From Planctomycetota bacterium (GTDB lineage Bacteria > Planctomycetota > JAJSAM01 > JAJVHW01), in the NCBI GenBank assembly GCA_965248445.1, contig CBDFJG010000001.1:590058-654057 (forward strand): 64,000 bases of DNA, written 5' to 3'. The position numbers and the translations under genes were made by a program. This document shows, in pieces, positions 30,071 through 40,044 of the stretch; within the stretch, counting starts at the first letter, position 1; every line of letters starts with the position of its first letter. Under the pieces are notes generated by a model. It was not told the DNA's origin. It worked only from the letters and a program-made list of their open reading frames with translations, and did not search any database.

Positions 30071-30379
30071 ATGGGTACGAAGATCTTCGTTGGCGGTCTC
30101 GCCTGGGCGACCACGGATGACTCGTTGCGCGACGCATTCGCGTCGTGCGGGACGATTTCCGAGTCCAAGGTGATCACCGATCGTGACACGGGCCGCAGCC
30201 GCGGCTTCGGGTTCGTGACGTTCACGGACGAGGACGGTTGCCGCAAGGCGATCGAGAGCATGGACGGACAGGACATCGACGGACGCGCAGTCCGCGTGAA
30301 CGAGGCGGAAAACAAGCCGCGTCGTGACGGCGGCGGCGGCGGACGTGGTGGCGGCGGCGGCGGCGGCGGTCGCTGGTAA
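30071..30379 (+). CDS. RRM RNA-binding protein with a Gly-rich tail
   Basis: RNP2 IFVGGL and RNP1 RGFGFVTF. Confidence 0.95.
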   Translation: MGTKIFVGGLAWATTDDSLRDAFASCGTISESKVITDRDTGRSRGFGFVTFTDEDGCRKAIESMDGQDIDGRAVRVNEAENKPRRDGGGGGRGGGGGGGGRW

Positions 30380-30425
30380 CCAGCAGCTGACCTCACCCCT
30401 CGTCAACTGACGACGGCAATCAAAC

Positions 30426-30456
30426 GGCCCCGGCGCGACGCAGTCGCGCCGGGGCC
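30426..30456. terminator. 14-bp perfect hairpin between convergent genes
   Basis: ggccccggcgcgac-gca-gtcgcgccggggcc. Confidence 0.6.
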
Positions 30457-30572
30457 TGTAGCGTTTCTGGGTCGCCGTCTGTTCCACGGCGAGCCGGTGG
30501 TATCTGGGGTCTTGATCGCCGCCTTCTTCGGTCGGCATCTGACGATGGCGAGCCGCGTCCTGGCCGGCCGCA

Positions 30573-31736
30573 TCAGCCAGGCAACATGAGCGCACGCCAT
30601 GCGTCGACGATCCCGATCAGCATGCCGAGCCGCGCGCCCGCGCGCCCAGGAGGGACGTCGATCACCGGTGCGGCGACCGTCTTCGCCGCGTAGCTCTCGA
30701 GCGTCCCGTTCTTCGCGTTCGTGAACACTCGCGCTGCGTCCCGCAGGTCGAGGTACTCGTCGGGCAGCAGACCGCCCGCGTCCTGGAACAGGCGCAGACC
30801 GTGGTGTCCCCACGAAGTGACCACGTCGGACGGATGCGTGAACGCGGCGAACGCGGCGAGCAACCCCTCCAGCGTCCCGCCGGCGACGAGGCGTTCCGCC
30901 GGGAGCCCGGTGTGCCGCGGCGTGTCGGGCGAGAGCGGGTTGCGCGGCGCCAAGACGAACTCGAGCGTCTGCCCGGTGCTCGGGCGGTGCGCGACCCAGT
31001 ACACGAGCTCCTGGCCGTACTCGCGCTCGCGAGTGCCGTGCGGCCAGGCGTTCGCATCCCCGAAGACGAGCACAAGGTCGTCGTAGCGGTCCCGGATCTG
31101 CACCGGCAGACGCTCGACGGGCGAGACTCTCTTCCGCGGGCGCCACTCACGAGGACGCGGTGCCCCCCGCTGCGCCTCGAGCTGCGCCTCGACCATCGCG
31201 TTCATCGGATGCATCAGAGCCCGGAACCGTTCGGCGTCGCGCTCGAGTGCCCCCAGCACGTGCATGAGCGCCTCGAGCGTCGAGACGTACTCGACCTTCG
31301 GCTCCTTGCGGATCCGATAGTTCGACGGCGCCGGCGCGTTGAACGCGTACCGCGGCAATGCTGCCAGACGCGGGTTCTCGCGCACGAGCGTGCGGGCCTG
31401 CGACCAGGTCCCGTCCAGCACGATCAGCGTCACGGGCCCCGGCGGCGGGTCCAGCAAGATGTCACGCGCTTGCGCTCCGGGGTGGAGGACGATCGCGGGG
31501 CGCTCCGGATCCGCGCAGGCGTCACGGAGCACGGCGCTCTCGTCCCACTCGATCCCGACATGCAAGCTGGACTGCGGCAGGCACAGGTGCGCCATCCGCG
31601 CCGTCCCGATGGGCATCCCCTTCTCGCGCGGATGCTGCAGGATCACGATGCGCGTTCGCGTCTCGAGCGTGGTGAGCGCGCTGCAGTAGCACACGCTGAC
31701 CGGTCGCTCGCAGTGCGAGCACATCGCACGCGGCAT
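30573..31736 (-). CDS. DTW-domain tRNA-uridine aminocarboxypropyltransferase with an extra C-terminal domain
   Basis: C..C......C.C, ILQHPRE, LDGTWSQA, YRIRKEP and STLEA. Confidence 0.85.
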   Translation of the reverse strand: MPRAMCSHCERPVSVCYCSALTTLETRTRIVILQHPREKGMPIGTARMAHLCLPQSSLHVGIEWDESAVLRDACADPERPAIVLHPGAQARDILLDPPPGPVTLIVLDGTWSQARTLVRENPRLAALPRYAFNAPAPSNYRIRKEPKVEYVSTLEALMHVLGALERDAERFRALMHPMNAMVEAQLEAQRGAPRPREWRPRKRVSPVERLPVQIRDRYDDLVLVFGDANAWPHGTREREYGQELVYWVAHRPSTGQTLEFVLAPRNPLSPDTPRHTGLPAERLVAGGTLEGLLAAFAAFTHPSDVVTSWGHHGLRLFQDAGGLLPDEYLDLRDAARVFTNAKNGTLESYAAKTVAAPVIDVPPGRAGARLGMLIGIVDAWRALMLPG

Positions 31737-32046
31737 CCTCACGTCGGATGCGAGGTTGGCGGGGTGGTCGGTGGGATCCACGGAACGAACTCCGCCCGGA
31801 AGCTCCAGCGGCGAGACGCACGGTAGCGACGCACCCCGACGCCTCACGGGCAGGAACGAGAACTCGGAAACATGCGACGATATCTCGTAATTCACGAGAT
31901 CCCGGCAGGCCGAACGCGCGAGTCTTGACATCGCTAAGGCATTGTACAATAGAGCGTTACGACTCTCAGATCGGCATTGGCACAGGCATTGCAATAGTGA
32001 ACTCCGACCGGCGGCCAGCGCCGCACACACCGAACCGGAGATCGAC

Positions 32047-32463
32047 ATGCCTCTGACACTGACGCTCACAGACGGGATCATCCCGCCCGCCCAGGTCCCC
32101 GAGGCCATCGCCCGGCTGAGTGGTGCGATGCTCGCGGCTCACGATCTGACCGGCAACTCGGTCATGACGCCGAACATCACGGCCAACGTGCACATCGTAT
32201 CGGCCGGCCAGAGCTACTCTGGCGGCCAGGTGTTCAAGGGTGCCTGGGTCGAGTGGAAGGTCCCCTCGTTCGCATTCGCGACGACCGCCATCCAGAAGAG
32301 CTACGGGCAGCAGGTGACCGACATCATCCGCGAGCTCTCCGGGGGCACGCAGCCCCGGGACAACATCTACTTCAATGTGGTGCACACGGTCGACGGGGCA
32401 TGGAACCTCGACGGCGGCGCCATGAGCAACGACGAGATCATCCAGGCCCTCGCCAGAGGCTGA
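32047..32463 (+). CDS. Tautomerase-superfamily protein
   Basis: N-terminal Pro after Met, size and beta-alpha-beta pattern. GGAG RBS. Confidence 0.65.
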   Translation: MPLTLTLTDGIIPPAQVPEAIARLSGAMLAAHDLTGNSVMTPNITANVHIVSAGQSYSGGQVFKGAWVEWKVPSFAFATTAIQKSYGQQVTDIIRELSGGTQPRDNIYFNVVHTVDGAWNLDGGAMSNDEIIQALARG

Positions 32464-32476
32464 AGGGAACAGACTC

Positions 32477-33217
32477 ATGACACGTCACATCTTGGTTCAC
32501 GGCGCCTGGGAAGGCGCTTGGTCGTGGGAGAACGTGGTGCCCTTGCTCGAGCAGAGGGGTCACGACGTCGCCACAGTCGACCTCCCGGGCAGCTCGAGCA
32601 GGGCGCGACCGGTCGCCGAGGTCACACGCGAGGCGTATGTCTCGGCCGTCGCCGACGTGCTGGCGCAGAGCGACGACAAGGTCGTGCTCTCCGGGCACAG
32701 CTTGGGCGGCACGGTGATCTCTCAGGTCGCCGAGCGCTTCCCCGAGCGCATCGAGAGGCTCGTGTACGTCACGGCGTTCTTGCTCCCCGACGGCGCCAGT
32801 GCGCTCGAGACCATGCAGAGCGACGCGGACGGGCAGCTGCTGCCGAAGCTCGTCTTCTCCGAGGACCAGTCCTACGCGACCGCTACCGACGACGTGTGGC
32901 GGGAGGTCGCGTTCCACGACGCGACAGCCGCCGCCATCGCCGCGGCGCTGCCCCGACTGTCCGACAGGCAGTCGACCGATCCGTTCACCGCGAACCTCGA
33001 ACTCACCGCTGCGCGCTTCGGCACGGTGCCCAAGCACTACATCCGCACATCGATCGACCGCATCCTCACCCCGGCGCTCCAGGATCGCATGCTCGCGAAC
33101 TGGCAGGTCGACGGTGTCACGACCCTCGAGGCCGGCCACTTCCCCGCGCTCTCGATGCCCAACGAGCTGGCGAGTGCCATGCTGGCGATCGCAGAGACAG
33201 CCGCAAGCGCCGCGTAG
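32477..33217 (+). CDS. Alpha/beta hydrolase (methylesterase-like)
   Basis: LVHGAW, GHSLGG, D and GH triad residues. Confidence 0.9.
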   Translation: MTRHILVHGAWEGAWSWENVVPLLEQRGHDVATVDLPGSSSRARPVAEVTREAYVSAVADVLAQSDDKVVLSGHSLGGTVISQVAERFPERIERLVYVTAFLLPDGASALETMQSDADGQLLPKLVFSEDQSYATATDDVWREVAFHDATAAAIAAALPRLSDRQSTDPFTANLELTAARFGTVPKHYIRTSIDRILTPALQDRMLANWQVDGVTTLEAGHFPALSMPNELASAMLAIAETAASAA

Positions 33218-33248
33218 TCGCGCGGCCCCGGAACCTCAGGAGACGAAC

Positions 33249-33521
33249 ATGAGCGAACGACGCGAGCATGAACTTGTCGGCTTCCGTTACGAGTCCGGGC
33301 ACCTCGACCCGAAGACCCTGCACCTGGTGAGGATCGCAACGCATCTCGCGGCCGGCAACGGCTACTGCGCCAAGTGGAGCATCGAACCCCTGCGCGCAGC
33401 GGGTGCCACGGAGGGTGAGATCAACGAGGCGATCGGCATGGCGATCCGCGCAGGCGCATCGCTCGTGTGGCAAGAGGCCATCGACAACTTCCCGGACGAC
33501 GTCACGCCGCCACGAAAGTAG
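33249..33521 (+). CDS. Carboxymuconolactone decarboxylase/AhpD-like protein
   Basis: LDPKT..LV.IA......YC......R.AGAT..EI.EA. Confidence 0.75.
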   Translation: MSERREHELVGFRYESGHLDPKTLHLVRIATHLAAGNGYCAKWSIEPLRAAGATEGEINEAIGMAIRAGASLVWQEAIDNFPDDVTPPRK

Positions 33522-33628
33522 CCCGCCTGGCGGCGCTTCCGCGTGAACCGGAAGCGTCAGGTGCGGGTTCGTAGACTCTGTAGCAGATCCCCGCGTCGTG
33601 CGGGTCACACGGAGAGTCGAGGTCACCC

Positions 33629-34591
33629 ATGTCCCGTCACGACGTCGAGGCCGACATCACGCTGGACGAACGCCGGCTCACTCCCGGCGGGACAGCCACC
33701 GTTCGGATCCGGACGACAGCGCACGAGCCGGTCAAGATCCGCGGCGCGCATGTCGAGTTCGTCGGATACGAGCAGACCCAGGCGACCTACGTGACGACTA
33801 CGGGCAAGACCACCACGGTCCAGACCGCGACGGAACGCAACACGGTCGTGGAGGAGCAACGAACGTTCCAGGGCCGCGCGCCCGCCGGGTTCTTCGGCAA
33901 CCTCAAGGACGGCGCGCTCACGCTTCTGGGTGGTGGCGATCACGAGGAGTTGCCGGAGGGTGACCACGACGTGGTGCTCGAGGTCGATCTCCCGGCGGGC
34001 ATGCCCGAGAGCTTCGAGGGCAAGAAGGTGAAGGTCGCGTACGAGGCGTCGATCCACCTCGACATCCCGGGCGGACGCGACTTCCGGCACAAGGTCACGT
34101 TCGAAGCACCGCCGCTGCGGGACGACGACGAGGACGTCGACGACGTCGCCGCGGAGCCGCTGATGATCCTGTATCCGGAGGACGCCTCACGCGGGTTCTT
34201 CGATTCGGTCTTCGGCCCCGAAGTCACGATGCGCGTCGAACTCTCGTCGACGGTCGTGCGCCGCGGCGGGGTGCTAACGGGCACGATCGAGGTCGGCTTC
34301 CCGGACCGCGCACCCAGAGTCAGGGCTCTCGCGTGCGCACTGCTGCGACGCGAGAGCAGCAAGGCGCACGGGCACACAGACGGGCACACGGAGAAGATCG
34401 TCACGGAGCGGTTCCCTCAGGGTGAGGGAGGGACCGACAGCCTGTTCATCCAGTTCGACGTGCGGCTCCCGGACGAGATGATCCCCACGTGCAGCGGTGC
34501 CAAGTTCACGATCGTCCACGAGCTGGCTATTTCGCTCGACGTGCCGTGGGCCAAAGACCCGACCATCCGCATCCCCATCACGGTCGTCTGA
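33629..34591 (+). CDS. SpoOM/arrestin-like protein
   Basis: Two beta-sandwich halves ending LP...P.SF...LDIP and LP...PT...LDVPW. Confidence 0.65.
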   Translation: MSRHDVEADITLDERRLTPGGTATVRIRTTAHEPVKIRGAHVEFVGYEQTQATYVTTTGKTTTVQTATERNTVVEEQRTFQGRAPAGFFGNLKDGALTLLGGGDHEELPEGDHDVVLEVDLPAGMPESFEGKKVKVAYEASIHLDIPGGRDFRHKVTFEAPPLRDDDEDVDDVAAEPLMILYPEDASRGFFDSVFGPEVTMRVELSSTVVRRGGVLTGTIEVGFPDRAPRVRALACALLRRESSKAHGHTDGHTEKIVTERFPQGEGGTDSLFIQFDVRLPDEMIPTCSGAKFTIVHELAISLDVPWAKDPTIRIPITVV

Positions 34592-34626
34592 GCGCAAGCG
34601 ACGTCGCGCAGGGGCGCGCTCGCCCC

Positions 34627-36777
34627 TCACCGTCGCTGGCGAATGCTGATCTCGTCGAAGTGCAACCCCTCCTGGTGCCAGCCGTGGCGGCCGCCCGGCG
34701 CGGCCTCCAGGACGATGAGGACCTCCTTGCCGGCGAACGGCTCCAGGTCGGCATCGAGAGTGCGCCAGTTCTCCGCACTCGCCTTCTTGTCACCGCCGAT
34801 CGTCTCGGAAAGCAGTCGATGCAGCGCTCCGTCGTAGACACCGACCTTCAGCACCGCGTCGACGATCCCCGTGTCTGTGGGAACGGAGGAGACGCGGATA
34901 CGAAGCTGACTAGCGACTTCCGGTACGCGCACCTTCCAGTAGGCGAACGCAGAGCGGTCCTTCCACGGAGCGTGCAGAGACATCGACCCGAACGTGCCCG
35001 GGTTCGGGAGCGGCCCCTTCGCCTTCTCCGGTTCCTCCGGGTACGCACCGCGCCAGCCCGGGTACTTGTTGTACGCACGCGTGAACGCCAGGCGTTCGAG
35101 TTGCTCCGGCGTGTCGAACGTGAGGATCCGTTGTCCGTCGCGCGGCAAGTGTTGCAGCAGACCGCCGAGTGTGAAGAGCTCGGGCTGCGCCAGGGCCGCC
35201 TGCGCCAACTCCGGGTCCTTCTCGGAGAAAGACGGGATCACGCGTTGCTCCACGCCGCCACCCGGCCGCACGATGCGAAACCAGAAGCGATGGTTGCCGG
35301 AGACGTTCTCCACCTGGAACAGCAGACGATGCACGCCCTTCGCGAGACGGACGTGCTTGCGCACGACGTCGGAGTTGACCCGAGCGTGGAAGTGATGGCG
35401 GTAGATCTCGACACCGTCGAGGAGCACGACGGCACCATCTTCGTGACCGAACCACAGCACGACATCGACGTCTTCGGCGGCGTGCAGATAGAGGAACGCA
35501 TACGTGAGAGACTTTGCGCGGGGTCCGTCCTCCCCACCGAGTTTCACTTCGGGCGTCAGACTGCGGTACGCGCGCCAGCGCATGCCGGCCTTGGTTGCCC
35601 GCACGCGCGGTGCAAGCTTCGCCACGGCGACCTTCGGCTTGTCCAGCAGAGCGTCATCGGGGTTGTCGAACGGACCGAGCTGGAGCCAGCGGCGGATGAA
35701 CGGAACCTTGCGTAACGGGGCCTTGGCCGGCGGCTCTTCGGTCTTCGCGGTCACGTCACCGACGACGTTGCGCGGCGCTCGATCCATCGTCGTGAACGTC
35801 GCCCGCCGCAAGAACAAGAGCGCGAAGCACGTGTCGTGCGCTGACCGCCATCGCCCGTCCTTCTCCTGCACGTCGATCAGGTGACGCGCTCCGGCGTCGT
35901 ACCAATCGTGTGTCCCGATCCGCTCGCGGCCACCTGCGATCGCGGCCAGCCGTTCGATCCCGTAGAGGTAGTAGTAGGTCCAAGACGACCCGAACGCGTA
36001 CTCACCGTGCGGGTTGGCGTCCGCCACGAACCTGCGTTCGAGGTACTCCCAGCCCTTCGCAACCGCCTTCTTCGCCCTGCTGCGCGCGGCGCGGTACTTG
36101 AAGTCGTCGCGCGACACGCGAGCCAGCGCGAGTTCGAGCACGGTGAGACCGGCCACCGTCATGGAACCCGTCTGCAGCCGCCCGGGGCGGTATCCGAAGC
36201 CGCCGTCCTCTGTCTGGAACGTCGGGATCGACTCGAGCAAGCCGCCCCAGACCTCCCCCCGCGCGGTGAAGCCGTGCTTCTCGGCGATCCAGAGCCCCAA
36301 CGCAGCGTACTGCGTGTTCGAGAGGTCGGTGTTGCTGCCCGGGTAGTTCCAGCGCTTGGACGTCGGGTGGAAATTCTCGTCCAGCCACTTGGCCGCCCGC
36401 TGGATCCACTCCTTGTGAGCGGGGTCGCCGTGCGCGTCGAGCGCCATGATCAGGCATCCCACGCTGTACGTCTTCTTGAACGGCCGATAGCGCAGGAACT
36501 GGAGACCCTTGGTGACCTGCGGGTCGTCGGTGGGGACGCCCGACTTGATCAGCGTGTACACGCCGAGGGCCGTGCACCCGGCGGGGTAGCCCGAGGCGTA
36601 CTTGCTGTTGAACGACCCGTTCTTCTGCTCGTACGCGCGGAGCTTCGCGACACCGCGCTCGATCGCGCGATTGACCTGCACCTCGAGCGAGTCGGCGCGC
36701 GCCTCCTCCGTCGCCAGGCCTCCCAGGGCCGAGACCCCCAAGAGCATCGCAATCGCCGGAGCGCGCAAGAGCCTCAC
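34627..36777 (-). CDS. Secreted prenyltransferase/squalene-cyclase-like alpha/alpha barrel with C-terminal beta domains
   Basis: DLSNTQYA.LGL, Q..DGGFGY, YYYLYGIER, HDWY..GA and TCFALLFL. Confidence 0.75.
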   Translation of the reverse strand: MRLLRAPAIAMLLGVSALGGLATEEARADSLEVQVNRAIERGVAKLRAYEQKNGSFNSKYASGYPAGCTALGVYTLIKSGVPTDDPQVTKGLQFLRYRPFKKTYSVGCLIMALDAHGDPAHKEWIQRAAKWLDENFHPTSKRWNYPGSNTDLSNTQYAALGLWIAEKHGFTARGEVWGGLLESIPTFQTEDGGFGYRPGRLQTGSMTVAGLTVLELALARVSRDDFKYRAARSRAKKAVAKGWEYLERRFVADANPHGEYAFGSSWTYYYLYGIERLAAIAGGRERIGTHDWYDAGARHLIDVQEKDGRWRSAHDTCFALLFLRRATFTTMDRAPRNVVGDVTAKTEEPPAKAPLRKVPFIRRWLQLGPFDNPDDALLDKPKVAVAKLAPRVRATKAGMRWRAYRSLTPEVKLGGEDGPRAKSLTYAFLYLHAAEDVDVVLWFGHEDGAVVLLDGVEIYRHHFHARVNSDVVRKHVRLAKGVHRLLFQVENVSGNHRFWFRIVRPGGGVEQRVIPSFSEKDPELAQAALAQPELFTLGGLLQHLPRDGQRILTFDTPEQLERLAFTRAYNKYPGWRGAYPEEPEKAKGPLPNPGTFGSMSLHAPWKDRSAFAYWKVRVPEVASQLRIRVSSVPTDTGIVDAVLKVGVYDGALHRLLSETIGGDKKASAENWRTLDADLEPFAGKEVLIVLEAAPGGRHGWHQEGLHFDEISIRQRR

Positions 36778-36943
36778 GGTGCGATGCTACCGTCTCAGCC
36801 GTCGCCGCCGGATTGGCCTTCCTCTTCGTGCGCACGCCGACGGGCGGCTAGCGCCGACGCCGGTCCCAGCATGCGACGAGAAAGGGCACCGCAGCCGAAG
36901 CCGCGGTGCCCTGAGGAGAGTGAGAGGCGACGGTCCCGCGGGG

Positions 36944-38452
36944 CTACTCGCCGTGGTGGGGATGGTTCCGCCCGTTGTGCGGGGTTGCCGCGTACGGGAA
37001 GACCTTGCTGTACGCGATGTCGTTGCTGGACACGTTGTCCAGGTCGATCTCCGGCCCAGGCGCCGCGACGGTGGGGTCCTGAGGATCGAGGAACAGAGCG
37101 CGCAGGGCGATGTCGAGAACGTCGTCGCCGAAGCGCCTTCCGTTCGGGAACCCGCCGGGAACGTCGGTCTGCTGCAGCGCGCTGAACAGCACGTCGCCGC
37201 CGCCTGGACCGAACACGCTCAGTCGCGAGAACCCGGTGTCGTCGGGGTTCGTGGCGTGGTCCTCGCCGCCGCCCGCGAGTCGCGCGGGACCGGTGGAGAG
37301 GTCGACACGGATCAGGTCCGGTGCGAACAGGCCCTCGAGGTCGGAGCGTCCGTCCTCGCGAACCACCATCTCGCCGCCGTTCAGGACGATGTTGACGAGC
37401 TTCGCCAGCTCGGGAGTCCGCGCGAACTCGCCGAAGTTCTTCCGGTCGTCTGCGGGACTCGTCTGGTTGTAGAGATCCTTCTTCGCGACCGGGACGAACG
37501 CCTCGCAGAAGAGAGGGTTCCCCTGCCGCGCCACTTGGACCCAGCCACCGCGCGTGCGGTCGTTCTTGCCGGCCCGGCGCACGGTGATGCGCTGGCGGCT
37601 CGTGGTGGCGTACACACCCGCGACTTGCATGTCGCCGCCGAGTGCGGCGACGGGGATCGAGAGCGCGATCGTGTGGACGTTGAAGCCGCCCTGGCTGTCG
37701 AACACCACCTCGGTACCCGTACGCAGGTTCAGGGCGTCGAAGACGGACTGGATGTCGGCATAGAAGCCGTCGTCCCGCTGTCCGGCGAACGCGACGTAGC
37801 CGTCGGCCAGTGTGGCGATCGCCTGCTGCGTGTACGCATCCAGGTCGCCTGCGGTCGAGACGCCGTCGAGCGCCGGTCCTTCGCCCGCATCGGAGTTGTA
37901 CAGCGGCGTCACGCGCCCCTGGTTGTTCGGCGGCACGATCCCGCTGCCGAGGAGGGTCGAGCGGCGCTTCTTCTTGCGCCGGTCGAAGACCCTGACCTCG
38001 TAGCGCTGGATGAGATTCTGCGCGTCGTCACCGACCTCGAGGATCGCGACGCCGCTGGCCTGCGGCTGGAAAGACTGCAAGATCGTGTTCTCGTTCTGGA
38101 ATTCGGTCTTGAAGCGGAACTGGTAGCTCAGTGTCGCGCGGCCGGCCGCGACGTCATCTCCCAGAGCAACGTGGATCTGGTAGAGCACGTCGTCCGAGAA
38201 GTTGTACTTGTTGGGGCCGATGCCCGGCTCCTCGAAGGGGTAGACCGCAAGAGCCGTGGTCAGGTACTTCGTGCCGCCCGAGTCGCTCACGAACGCATAG
38301 ACGTCCGTCGTGTTCGCAGCGTCGTCGTCCGTGACGCCGGGGGCATCCATGTGACTGGAAGCGAGGGCGTGGGGCGCGCCGAACAGGCCGCCAGAGGCCA
38401 GGCCGAGCGCCGCCGCCATGCCCATGGTGGCGATGCGTGTGTTGATCGTCAT
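36944..38452 (-). CDS. DUF4331 domain exported protein
   Basis: ASSHMDAP, TDVYAF, FAGQRDD.F and FPNGRR.GDDV.D. Confidence 0.88.
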   Translation of the reverse strand: MTINTRIATMGMAAALGLASGGLFGAPHALASSHMDAPGVTDDDAANTTDVYAFVSDSGGTKYLTTALAVYPFEEPGIGPNKYNFSDDVLYQIHVALGDDVAAGRATLSYQFRFKTEFQNENTILQSFQPQASGVAILEVGDDAQNLIQRYEVRVFDRRKKKRRSTLLGSGIVPPNNQGRVTPLYNSDAGEGPALDGVSTAGDLDAYTQQAIATLADGYVAFAGQRDDGFYADIQSVFDALNLRTGTEVVFDSQGGFNVHTIALSIPVAALGGDMQVAGVYATTSRQRITVRRAGKNDRTRGGWVQVARQGNPLFCEAFVPVAKKDLYNQTSPADDRKNFGEFARTPELAKLVNIVLNGGEMVVREDGRSDLEGLFAPDLIRVDLSTGPARLAGGGEDHATNPDDTGFSRLSVFGPGGGDVLFSALQQTDVPGGFPNGRRFGDDVLDIALRALFLDPQDPTVAAPGPEIDLDNVSSNDIAYSKVFPYAATPHNGRNHPHHGE

Positions 38453-38539
38453 CGTTGTCTCTCCGTGCGTAGTGCGTGAAAGGGAAGAAGGGGATGTGGG
38501 TGCAACCGCTGTTGGGCCACGGCTGCCGTTGCGGGGAAG

Positions 38540-38603
38540 TACGGCACGGGTCGCAGCGCGGATGTCGAAAAGTAACGACATCCCTCCGGGCCCCGTGCGC
38601 GTA
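38540..38603. promoter_or_regulatory. Back-to-back ECF-type promoters CATCC-N16-CGTA
   Basis: Minus strand: -35 at 38564-38560 and -10 at 38543-38540. Plus strand: -35 at 38579-38583 and -10 at 38600-38603. Confidence 0.75.
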
Positions 38604-38644
38604 TGTGTCCATGACGCACATGCACCATGCAGACGGAGGACGCC

Positions 38645-39520
38645 ATGCATCGACTCAGCCGAAGAACGACACTGGCAGCGATCGTTGTCACCGCACTGGC
38701 CTCGGGCGCGCTGGCGCACGACTTCTGGATTTCGCCGTCCGACTTCCGGCCTGAGCCCGAGTCGTCGATCGACGTGCGAATGCTGGTCGGCGAAGCGTTC
38801 TCAGGTGAGGGATTCGCGCGCAACACGCGTCACGTCGAACGCTTCGTCATGCGCGGACCGGCCGGCACGAACTCGGTCACCGGAAACGCGGGATCCGACC
38901 CAGCCGGCAGCGTGAAAGTCGGGCCGGCGGGAACTTACATCATCGCCTTCCGCAGCACGCGGACCCGGGTGGAACTGCCGGCGGACGAGTTCGAGGCGTA
39001 CCTCGAACACGAGGGTCTGGATCACGTCATCCGTGCGCGCCGCAAGAGCGGTACGAGCGACGCTCCCGGTCGCGAGGTCTTCTCGCGCTGCGCCAAGTCG
39101 ATCGTACGTGTTGGCAAGGCCGGATCGGATCACGCGAGCGAAGCGGCGGGGTTGCGCCTGGAACTCGTGCCGGAGCGCGATCCGTACGAGCTCGCAGCGG
39201 GCGACACGCTCGTCGTCCGTGTGCTCCTGGACGGGCGCGCACTCCCGAACGCGCTCGTGACGGCGCACCACACGCCCGGGTCAGAAGACGTGGTGCAGGT
39301 GCGCTCCGACAAGCACGGACGCGCCGCACTGGTTCTCGATCGCGCCGGCCCGTGGCTGCTCAACACGGTCCACATGCTCGCGGCGCCGATGGGCGTCGAG
39401 GCGGACTGGGAGAGCCTGTGGTCTTCGCTGACGTTCGACCTGGCCGTGGCGCGAAAGCGCGTTCCCGAGAGTCGCCCGTCGCCGGGCCTCTCGCCGGCCG
39501 GATCCGGCGCGACGCGCTGA
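38645..39520 (+). CDS. DUF4198 domain exported protein
   Basis: Signal peptide then AHDFWI, Y...EG, AKS, LELVP..P and W.S.W.SLTF. GGAGGA RBS. Confidence 0.85.
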   Translation: MHRLSRRTTLAAIVVTALASGALAHDFWISPSDFRPEPESSIDVRMLVGEAFSGEGFARNTRHVERFVMRGPAGTNSVTGNAGSDPAGSVKVGPAGTYIIAFRSTRTRVELPADEFEAYLEHEGLDHVIRARRKSGTSDAPGREVFSRCAKSIVRVGKAGSDHASEAAGLRLELVPERDPYELAAGDTLVVRVLLDGRALPNALVTAHHTPGSEDVVQVRSDKHGRAALVLDRAGPWLLNTVHMLAAPMGVEADWESLWSSLTFDLAVARKRVPESRPSPGLSPAGSGATR

Positions 39521-39528
39521 CCCTCCGC

Positions 39529-40044
39529 TCAGGCGGCTGCCGCCTCCGTGAGAGTGACGATGCACCGGCAACCGTCCACAGACCACAGTTCGCCGTGTTG
39601 CGAGCCGCCGGGCATGAACTGGTAGTCGCCGGCGCGCAACACCGTCTTCTCCGTGCAGAGGTCACCCTCGATCACGTAGCACTCCTCGTCGCCAGGGTGC
39701 TGGTGGGCCGGATAGCGCGCGCCTGGGTCCATGTGCAAGAGCAAGGTCACGCGGCGCGTGGCCTCGTTGCGCCGCAGGATGCGGACCTTCACGCCCGGCG
39801 CCGGGTGCTCGTCCCACGCCGCCTCCTCGTCGCGCCGCACGACCGTGTCGCCGGCGCCGACCGCGCGCACTCGATCGAGCAAGCGCCCAACCGAACCTGC
39901 GGGCAGCGCAACCGGCGCCACGACCTGCCCGATCGCCGCTGCCGCCACGGCGTCCTCGGCCGCGACGGGACCCGCACTCGCGTCCGAGCCGAGCGCACGG
40001 TCGATCGACCGCTGTTCCGCTGAGTCGTGGGAATCGCTACTCAT
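39529..40044 (-). CDS. ChrR-like cupin anti-sigma factor
   Basis: PGA.YPAH.H...EECYV.EG...GS.H. Coupled to the sigma gene. Confidence 0.85.
   Translation of the reverse strand: MSSDSHDSAEQRSIDRALGSDASAGPVAAEDAVAAAAIGQVVAPVALPAGSVGRLLDRVRAVGAGDTVVRRDEEAAWDEHPAPGVKVRILRRNEATRRVTLLLHMDPGARYPAHQHPGDEECYVIEGDLCTEKTVLRAGDYQFMPGGSQHGELWSVDGCRCIVTLTEAAAA

Noticed and set aside
31925..31950. Canonical sigma70 promoter TTGACA...TACAAT
   Set aside because: The spacer is only 14 nt.
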